Positions 58,028 through 64,000 of a stretch of DNA of 64,000 nucleotides are shown one piece after another. Both the position numbers and the translations under genes were made by a program. The notes below the pieces were generated by a model. The model ran no database searches. It was not told the origin of the DNA and saw nothing but the letters and a program-made list of their open reading frames with translations. The first letter of the stretch is position 1, and every line of letters starts with the position of its first letter. The DNA is taken from the IMG/VR virus record IMGVR_UViG_3300021087_000002; one strand, written 5' to 3'. This stretch comes from an uncultured virus (IMG/VR IMGVR_UViG_3300021087_000002). Taxonomy: Duplodnaviria > Heunggongvirae > Uroviricota > Caudoviricetes.

Positions 58028-58104
58028 GTTTCCTTAGCTCAGTTGGATAGAGCAAGTGCCTTCTAAGCACTAGGTCATAGGTTCGAATCCTATAGGGAAC
58101 ACCA
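58028..58104 (+). tRNA. tRNA-Arg (anticodon TCT)
   Basis: Full cloverleaf: GTTTCCT/AGGGAAC acceptor, AGTGC-CTTCTAA-GCACT, GGTTCGAATCC, encoded CCA. Confidence 0.96.
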
Positions 58105-58115
58105 AACTAGAAGGA

Positions 58116-58649
58116 ATGGTTCATTTGACAAGCCTAGATATGCTAAAGAGGACAGGAACGAATGCTGAGAGTGATGAATGTTATACTCCATCAGATCAGA
58201 TCATTCCTCTTCTTAAATATTTAGATAAGGATAAGACTTACTATGAAGCAACTTCTGGAATCTCTTCTAACATACTTGACGGAATGGTTAAATTCGGTTA
58301 TAATGTGGTTGGAAGTGGGGGAAGAGACTTTTTTGAATGCAATTCTGATGACGTGTTTGATGGGATTATTACTAACCCACCTTATAGTCTAAAGGATAAG
58401 TTCATTGAACACTGCTATTCGTTAGGGAAACCATTTGCGTTATTCCTACCTGTAGCATCTTTCCAAGGTGGTAAACGTGGACAGATGTTCATGGACTATG
58501 GTATGTCATGTTTAGTCTACAATAATAGAGTAGACTTCACAGGTGGTGGTGCACCACATTTTGGTAACGCTTGGTTTATGCATGGGATCCTACCACCCAA
58601 CACGATATATTGGGCTAATAACCCAAAGATGAGAGGAAAGCGAAAATGA
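58116..58649 (+). CDS. N6-adenine/N4-cytosine DNA methyltransferase-like
   Basis: DECYTP, GRDFF, IITNPPYS, KPFALFLP. Confidence 0.8.
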   Translation: MVHLTSLDMLKRTGTNAESDECYTPSDQIIPLLKYLDKDKTYYEATSGISSNILDGMVKFGYNVVGSGGRDFFECNSDDVFDGIITNPPYSLKDKFIEHCYSLGKPFALFLPVASFQGGKRGQMFMDYGMSCLVYNNRVDFTGGGAPHFGNAWFMHGILPPNTIYWANNPKMRGKRK

Positions 58650-59707
58650 AGGTAACAGTAGAACGTGATAAGATCACAGATGAGATCAGCGAGATCTTCG
58701 ACTATGAGTTTGACGGAACATCTACGTTCCATCCTCATGAGATTAATTCATTAGATCGTGAAACCGTTCTATCTGATTTTGGTATTGGTTTAATTGTGGG
58801 ACCTTCGGGATCTGGCAAGACTACTTTACTGAAAGAGTTTGGTGAAGAGTATGAACCTTATTGGTTTGATAACAAATCTATTGCTTCTCATTTCGATGAC
58901 ATCGATGACGTACAGGACAGACTAGGTGCTGTTGGATTTAACTCTGTACCGTCTTGGATGCGTCCCTATCATGTACTATCTAATGGTGAACAGTTTAGAG
59001 CTAGGTTAGCTCGACAGTTAGACAGCAACATTGTTGTTGATGAGTTCACATCTGTTATCGACAGAGATGTTGCCAAGAGTTGTTCTAATGCTATCTCACG
59101 ATATGTTAAGAGACACAACTTAAAGAACATTGTATTTTCATCTTGTCATTATGACATTATTGAGTGGTTGCAACCAGATTGGGTATTTGATACTCAGACT
59201 GGTAAGCTGACCACAAGGGGGTATCAAAGGCCAGATATCGTTCTGGAAATTTTACCTTGTACCAGAGACATCTGGACGCACTTCAGCGACCACCACTATC
59301 TCGACCACAACATCCACAAAGGTGCATCTTGTTGGATCGCAACATGGAACGGCAGACTTGTCGGATTTCTTTCTAGCCTAAGCATGCCTTCGGGCAGTCT
59401 TAAGAATGCATGGAGAGCACATAGAGTTGTGATACTTCCAGAGTTCCAAGGGCTAGGTATTGGTGCCAGACTTATGGATGCCCTAGGTGATATGCACGTT
59501 GCAGAAGGTAAAAGATTCTTTCTCAAAACAAGTCACCCTAGACTAGGCGAATACTGTAATAGAAATGATGCTTGGAAAGGCACATCAAAGAACGGTATTG
59601 CCAGACCTGACTATAAAACTAATTCTAGTACCTATGGCGGATTTGCTGAAGGACTACAAAAGCATATGAATAGAATATGCTATTCCCATGAATATATCGG
59701 AAAATAG
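58646..59707 (+). CDS. ABC-type ATPase fused to a GNAT acetyltransferase
   Basis: GPSGSGKTT, LSNGEQFR, VVDEFTS; HHYL, RVVILPEFQGLGIG. Confidence 0.85.
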   Translation: MKVTVERDKITDEISEIFDYEFDGTSTFHPHEINSLDRETVLSDFGIGLIVGPSGSGKTTLLKEFGEEYEPYWFDNKSIASHFDDIDDVQDRLGAVGFNSVPSWMRPYHVLSNGEQFRARLARQLDSNIVVDEFTSVIDRDVAKSCSNAISRYVKRHNLKNIVFSSCHYDIIEWLQPDWVFDTQTGKLTTRGYQRPDIVLEILPCTRDIWTHFSDHHYLDHNIHKGASCWIATWNGRLVGFLSSLSMPSGSLKNAWRAHRVVILPEFQGLGIGARLMDALGDMHVAEGKRFFLKTSHPRLGEYCNRNDAWKGTSKNGIARPDYKTNSSTYGGFAEGLQKHMNRICYSHEYIGK

Positions 59708-59710
59708 TAC

Positions 59711-59739
59711 TTGACATTAGACGAATCACATGCTATTAA
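59711..59739 (+). promoter_or_regulatory. Early promoter
   Basis: TTGACA-17-TATTAA, CGAATCA in spacer. Confidence 0.72.
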
Positions 59740-59768
59740 TAGTATGTAATCTCAGAAAGGATTCGTTA

Positions 59769-60059
59769 ATGTCTTACTTAGAAATCATCAAAGAAACAAT
59801 GGATGACCTGATCGTCTGCTCCACTAACTTTAAAGAGTGTAAGCGTGATGCTGAACGTGCTCTATCTAATGCCCTGAGTGGTGATTATGATTGGGATAAC
59901 GACAAAATCATTGAGACACTTACTGGTGCTTGTAATGATGCGGCATTTGACATGGATAAGTGTCATGACGAAATCATAGAGATCAAAGATCGTTTGGATC
60001 TTTTGATTGCCAATGCTGAGTTTAATGAAGTAGCGCAAGCCGCTATAAAAGGAGTTTAA
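59769..60059 (+). CDS. Acidic helical early protein
   Basis: SD aagga before ATG 59769. Confidence 0.65.
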   Translation: MSYLEIIKETMDDLIVCSTNFKECKRDAERALSNALSGDYDWDNDKIIETLTGACNDAAFDMDKCHDEIIEIKDRLDLLIANAEFNEVAQAAIKGV

Positions 60060-60060
60060 T

Positions 60061-60243
60061 ATGAATACTAATTACCAAAATGCCTATGATCAGGCTTGTG
60101 AATTAATCGATATGTGTCCTGACCTAGAGATTACTTCTGCGTTTAAAGAATGTGCTTTTAACGTTGGTATCCAAGAGGGTGACGAGTTAGGTAACTTTGT
60201 TACTTGGGCTTGGAATAAAATAACTACTTCTTACGAAGGGTAA
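60061..60243 (+). CDS. Hypothetical protein
   Basis: SD aaggag. Confidence 0.7.
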   Translation: MNTNYQNAYDQACELIDMCPDLEITSAFKECAFNVGIQEGDELGNFVTWAWNKITTSYEG

Positions 60244-60248
60244 ATCGA

Positions 60249-60410
60249 ATGATAGAACAGTATGAAAATGAAATCAAAAAGTTAGAAAAGTTACTAACTA
60301 AGTTTTACGGTAACACTTCATCAGTAAAAATGAAGAAGTATGCAATTGAGAAAAAGATTGCCAAATACCAAGAGATTGTTGATGAAATGAATCTAATACT
60401 TGCGATTTAG
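60249..60410 (+). CDS. Small coiled-coil protein (53 aa), not in ORF track
   Basis: MIEQYENEIKKLEK...; fills the gap. Confidence 0.55.
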   Translation: MIEQYENEIKKLEKLLTKFYGNTSSVKMKKYAIEKKIAKYQEIVDEMNLILAI

Positions 60411-60413
60411 TAC

Positions 60414-60476
60414 TTGACAAGCCCGAATCGATATGCTATAAAATTAGTATAGACAAAAGAAAGTGAGAATCACATG
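60414..60476 (+). promoter_or_regulatory. Early promoter plus leader cassette
   Basis: TTGACA-17-TATAAA, CGAATCG in spacer, agaaagtgagaatcacATG leader. Confidence 0.8.
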
Positions 60477-60863
60477 ACATATGACCAACAAGATGAATAC
60501 TTCGGTTTCCACCAAAACGAAATGAACTACAACTCAATCTGGTCTTGTGACCTAGAGTTCACTAGCCTTGATCAAGAGATGTATGAAGGTGAGTGGGAAG
60601 GTTCACATTGTAAAGGTGACGGTCAACAGAAAATCACTTACGAAGTTATTTCTAAAGATGCCACTATTGATGAGATCTTGAATAACACTGCCGAAAAGAT
60701 TGTCTACAAAGCCTATGTTATCGGTAACACTGTCAAAGACTTCTGGAGAGCCGCCGAATACTTGATCACAGAGTCTGCTATTGAGCAAGACAACCACCAC
60801 AGATATGTGGAAGGTTTTGATAAGCAAGCAGACGGTTCATATGAATTGGTAACAGGATCTTAA
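60474..60863 (+). CDS. Acidic early protein
   Basis: Follows the promoter cassette; HHRYVEGF. Confidence 0.7.
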   Translation: MTYDQQDEYFGFHQNEMNYNSIWSCDLEFTSLDQEMYEGEWEGSHCKGDGQQKITYEVISKDATIDEILNNTAEKIVYKAYVIGNTVKDFWRAAEYLITESAIEQDNHHRYVEGFDKQADGSYELVTGS

Positions 60864-60864
60864 T

Positions 60865-61032
60865 ATGTTAGAATTTTTCCCTTCTGCCTACGAACTCCCA
60901 TCAGTCAATGAGTGTAAAGATTACGCTCATTACTGCCAGACCAGAACTGCTGTTGGTCTTGGCTCAATGCCAGAAGACTTATTTATTGAAATAAAAGGGT
61001 TGACAAAGCAATCCGAATCAGCTATAAAGTAA
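60865..61032 (+). CDS. Small hypothetical protein (55 aa), not in ORF track
   Basis: SD agga; translated by hand. Confidence 0.45.
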   Translation: MLEFFPSAYELPSVNECKDYAHYCQTRTAVGLGSMPEDLFIEIKGLTKQSESAIK

Positions 61033-61063
61033 GTATAGAAACAAAGAAAGCGAGAATCACATG
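61000..61063 (+). promoter_or_regulatory. Early promoter plus leader cassette (repeat of 31810-31852)
   Basis: TTGACA-17-TATAAA, CGAATCA in spacer. Confidence 0.8.
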
Positions 61064-61468
61064 GCTTATATTTCACAAGAAGACAAAAAAGCATTAGCTC
61101 CTAAGATCAAAAGTATCCTTAAACAGTACGGTCTTAAAGGTAGCTTGTCTATTCGTCACCATTCTACTCTAGTTCTTAATATCGCTAAGGGCGGTATCGA
61201 CTTCATTGCTGAAGCTAACAAGAAGAACAAAGAGATTGCTGATCGTCGTGGCACTCCTATGTATGAGTGTGATGGCTATATCCAAGTGAACACTCACTAC
61301 CCTGAGACATACGGCAAAGGTTCAAAAGTATTGACTGAGCTTGTTGATGCCATGAAAGGTCCCAATTGGTTTGATGAGAGTGATATAATGACTGACTATT
61401 TCCACGTTGCTCACTATGTTGATATCAATATCGGTAAATGGAACAAGCCTTACGTGTGTGAGGCTTAA
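61061..61468 (+). CDS. Conserved phage early protein
   Basis: MAYISQEDKKALAPKIK, SDIMTDYFHVAHYVDINIG. Confidence 0.75.
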   Translation: MAYISQEDKKALAPKIKSILKQYGLKGSLSIRHHSTLVLNIAKGGIDFIAEANKKNKEIADRRGTPMYECDGYIQVNTHYPETYGKGSKVLTELVDAMKGPNWFDESDIMTDYFHVAHYVDINIGKWNKPYVCEA

Positions 61469-61470
61469 TC

Positions 61471-61677
61471 ATGAGCAATCAAAGAAATGGAAAAATGCAC
61501 CGTGCCAAGTTGGATGACGGTGCATCTGATATGAAACTACGAAACTTCTTTAGAGATTGTGCTGAACTTCTACCCGAAGACGAAGCATTTTATTTTGAGC
61601 AGATCGTAGATCATTTGAATGATGGTAAAGCATTACCAACCACAAAAGGTGAAGTGGGCAGACTATTGGGTTTGTAA
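61471..61677 (+). CDS. Hypothetical protein
   Basis: SD gagg. Confidence 0.65.
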   Translation: MSNQRNGKMHRAKLDDGASDMKLRNFFRDCAELLPEDEAFYFEQIVDHLNDGKALPTTKGEVGRLLGL

Positions 61678-61680
61678 TCG

Positions 61681-61688
61681 TATAAATA
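61681..61688 (+). promoter_or_regulatory. Late promoter TATAAATA
   Basis: Intergenic exact consensus. Confidence 0.78.
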
Positions 61689-61715
61689 GATGTAAATCAT
61701 CTGTGGAGAATAACG

Positions 61716-62639
61716 TTGAGAAAGTTTTTAAATTATATGGCGGAAGCCGAAGTAATAGACGAGGAGTATATCGAAGCACACTTTGATATTCTTCTTGAAA
61801 AGCTTATTACATTTGGTGGTAAGGCATATCCAAAGTTTGGCAACGTTGTAATCATGGCGGGCGGAGCGGGATCTGGTAAAGGTTTTGTTAAGGATAATCT
61901 AGTTGGACTTGAAGGTAAAGTCTTTGACGTGGATGCTCTTAAGACTGCCGCCGCCAAAGCACCTAAGATTATTGCTAAGGTTAAGGCTGAGACAGGCCAA
62001 GACTTGGCTAAGATCGGTGGTAACCTCAAGAAGGCAAGTAATGTAAGTGCCATGCACGATATCATCTCAAACCTTCTAAACCTACCAGATAAGAAACAGG
62101 CGGCATTCTTTGCTTCTGTATTTTCATCTGCCCCTGATCGTAAGCCTAATATTATTTTTGATGTTACGCTAAAGGATCTACAGAAATTAAATAACATTAC
62201 ACGTCAAGTATCTGCCCTAGGGTATGATAAGAAAAGCATTCACATTGTGTGGGTAGTTAATGATATTGAGGTTGCTAAGGCACAGAACAAGAAGAGGGAT
62301 CGTGTGGTTCCTACTGACATTCTTGTCAACACTCATAGAGGTGCTTCTGCCACCATGAATGATATTGTGAACATGGGTAACGGTCTTAAGAAGTATATGG
62401 ACGGAGATATCGTGTTTGCATTCAATAAGGTTGGTGTAGACAGTGAACTCGTTAAGTCTGGCAAGAGCGGTAAAAAGATTGGCATGAAGGGTAAGACCGA
62501 GGGTGGTCAATATCTAAAGGATGCTGAATACTTCTATGTTAAGCGTAAGGGTGCACGAGCTATTCCTGTAGCCAAGTTGGATAAACAGATACGTATGAAG
62601 ATCTCCAAATATGTACCAAAGGGAGTGGAATGGAACTGA
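61716..62639 (+). CDS. P-loop kinase-like protein (zeta/AAA_33-like) with CTS-like N-terminus
   Basis: MRKFLNYMAE; MAGGAGSGKG, DVD, IFDVT, QNKKRDRVVP. Confidence 0.75.
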   Translation: MRKFLNYMAEAEVIDEEYIEAHFDILLEKLITFGGKAYPKFGNVVIMAGGAGSGKGFVKDNLVGLEGKVFDVDALKTAAAKAPKIIAKVKAETGQDLAKIGGNLKKASNVSAMHDIISNLLNLPDKKQAAFFASVFSSAPDRKPNIIFDVTLKDLQKLNNITRQVSALGYDKKSIHIVWVVNDIEVAKAQNKKRDRVVPTDILVNTHRGASATMNDIVNMGNGLKKYMDGDIVFAFNKVGVDSELVKSGKSGKKIGMKGKTEGGQYLKDAEYFYVKRKGARAIPVAKLDKQIRMKISKYVPKGVEWN

Positions 62640-63037
62640 TGCTAACATTTGCTGAACACCTACAAGAAGCCAAAGAACCCACAGTAACAGCCAAGGTCAT
62701 GAAAGACTTTGAGAAGGTTGTGGATAAGTTATTTAAGAAGTTTGACATGGACTTTAACTTCACCAGACATTTTGCGGATCGTATGACAGACAAACGCAAT
62801 GACCCTAGTATTACTCTCAAAGAGTTAGCTGACTTCATTAAGAAGATCTATGCTAAACAAGGTAAGAGTATTAAGGATATGAAGGGTGCCGAAGCTGTTA
62901 TTAAAGACATGCAGAAGGATCTAAACATCCCTATTGCAATCAAGTATGATCAACGCAATGATGAGTTTGATGTTGTTATGAAAACAATTATGAGAAAGAA
63001 GAACTTCTCAACCCCAAATAAAGTGATAAAATATTAA
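62630..63037 (+). CDS. Putative RelE/BECR-fold RNase-like protein with CTS-like N-terminus
   Basis: MLTFAEHLQE; FTRHFADRM helix-His motif, C-terminal KTIMRK strand. Confidence 0.5.
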   Translation: MELMLTFAEHLQEAKEPTVTAKVMKDFEKVVDKLFKKFDMDFNFTRHFADRMTDKRNDPSITLKELADFIKKIYAKQGKSIKDMKGAEAVIKDMQKDLNIPIAIKYDQRNDEFDVVMKTIMRKKNFSTPNKVIKY

Positions 63038-63045
63038 TTTAGCCC

Positions 63046-63074
63046 TTGACAATACGGTCAACAAAGGTTAATAT
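63046..63074 (+). promoter_or_regulatory. sigma70 promoter
   Basis: TTGACA-17-TAATAT. Confidence 0.65.
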
Positions 63075-63096
63075 AAGATGAATTAAGAAAGAATAT

Positions 63097-63678
63097 ATGA
63101 TGAATAATAAAGTGATTCTAACCGACTGTGATGGCGTTTTGTGCGATTGGGTTAGTAAATATGTCCAGTGGATGTTACGTCAAGGTTATGTCATGAAGAT
63201 GTATCCCGAAGGTACATATGACATGGAGAAAGTCTTTGGTATTGACAAAGATGAATGTAAGAAGCTTGTACGAATGTTTAACGAAAGTGCTGACATTCAA
63301 TACATGGCTCCTTTACGAGATGCCATTAAGTATGTTAAGAAGTTACACGAAGAGCATGGGTACGTGTTCCGTTGCATTACTAGTTTGAGCCTTAGTCGTT
63401 CTGCTTATAAGGCACGTGAGGCCAACCTAAAAGCTTTGTTTGGTGAGACTGCCTTTGAAGATCTTGTGTGTCTAGATACTGGTGCTGACAAGGATGATGC
63501 TCTTGAGCAATATCGTGACAGTGGTATGGTTTGGATTGAAGACAAGCCTGAGAACGTTGAGCTTGGTAAAAAGCTTGGTCTTGATTGTATTATGATTGAC
63601 CATGACTTTAACCGTGGTACTGTTGAGGATGTCTTCGTTGCTAAAAATTGGAAAGACGTGTATGGATACCTCACTTAA
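63097..63678 (+). CDS. HAD 5'(3')-deoxyribonucleotidase-like
   Basis: LTDCDGVL, CITS, WIEDKPEN. Confidence 0.85.
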   Translation: MMNNKVILTDCDGVLCDWVSKYVQWMLRQGYVMKMYPEGTYDMEKVFGIDKDECKKLVRMFNESADIQYMAPLRDAIKYVKKLHEEHGYVFRCITSLSLSRSAYKAREANLKALFGETAFEDLVCLDTGADKDDALEQYRDSGMVWIEDKPENVELGKKLGLDCIMIDHDFNRGTVEDVFVAKNWKDVYGYLT

Positions 63679-64000
63679 GTACGTTAAACTATATTACACA
63701 TATCTAAAGGAACTAGGTGTCTCGCAAGAGGTGCCTATTTCTGCATTTCCAGAGAGCGAATTTGAAACGTTTGATGTTAATCATGGTAACGTTGGGGCAA
63801 CCTTTGAAAAATTTATTACAGTGTATGAGAATAAAGATCAATACCTGTATATGTCTATGTACGATAATGTAATCAATAATGAAGAGCCTGAGTACGTCAA
63901 GCGAAACATGAAAGATCTTATGGAAACTATTCGTTATGATAACAAAAGTCGTATGGTAGAGATAGGATTTAAGTGGAAGAGTCCATATCATCAATCGGAA
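63662..64000 (+). CDS. Hypothetical protein, truncated by the window end
   Basis: ATG 63662 MDTSLKYVKLYY..., open for 113 codons to the window edge. Confidence 0.6.
   Translation, partial: MDTSLKYVKLYYTYLKELGVSQEVPISAFPESEFETFDVNHGNVGATFEKFITVYENKDQYLYMSMYDNVINNEEPEYVKRNMKDLMETIRYDNKSRMVEIGFKWKSPYHQSE

Noticed and set aside
63714..63741. GCAA-loop hairpin as a terminator
   Set aside because: Lies inside the open frame starting at 63662, has three G-U pairs and a weak U tract
114..63994. Numerous minus-strand ORFs in the track
   Set aside because: Shadows of well-supported + strand genes, with no recognisable motifs or SD sites

Overview
64 kb segment of a T4-like (myovirus) phage genome, AT-rich, with essentially all genes on the + strand. 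It runs from gp3/uvsY/uvsW through the T4 replication core (gp55, gp47, gp46, gp45, gp44, gp62, regA, gp43, uvsX, gp41, thyX, nrdB/nrdA, denA, rnh). Several independent signals point to an alphaproteobacterial, probably marine, host: a permuted two-piece tmRNA with a GGCAGUA T-loop, a DUF1127 protein, a ROSE-like thermometer before hsp20, and GANTC/GcrA-type motifs in early promoters. Most notable: (1) a permuted tmRNA whose 229-nt intervening segment is closed by a 12-bp stem and carries its own SD-led 66-aa ORF, apparently co-transcribed with a porin; (2) a curli-like module (CsgF, CsgG, two curlin-like proteins, FecR-domain protein) coupled to a CHASE2 adenylate cyclase; (3) a set of late proteins with T4-like capsid-targeting N-termini, including an RNA-ligase-like enzyme, nucleases, a nucleotidyltransferase and a P-loop kinase; (4) a ~150-nt structured RNA ending in CCA next to tRNA-Arg; (5) a Mom-like/MTase/ABC-GNAT cluster and a glycosyltransferase island. 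All functional calls come from motif recognition and synteny by eye; no database searches were run.
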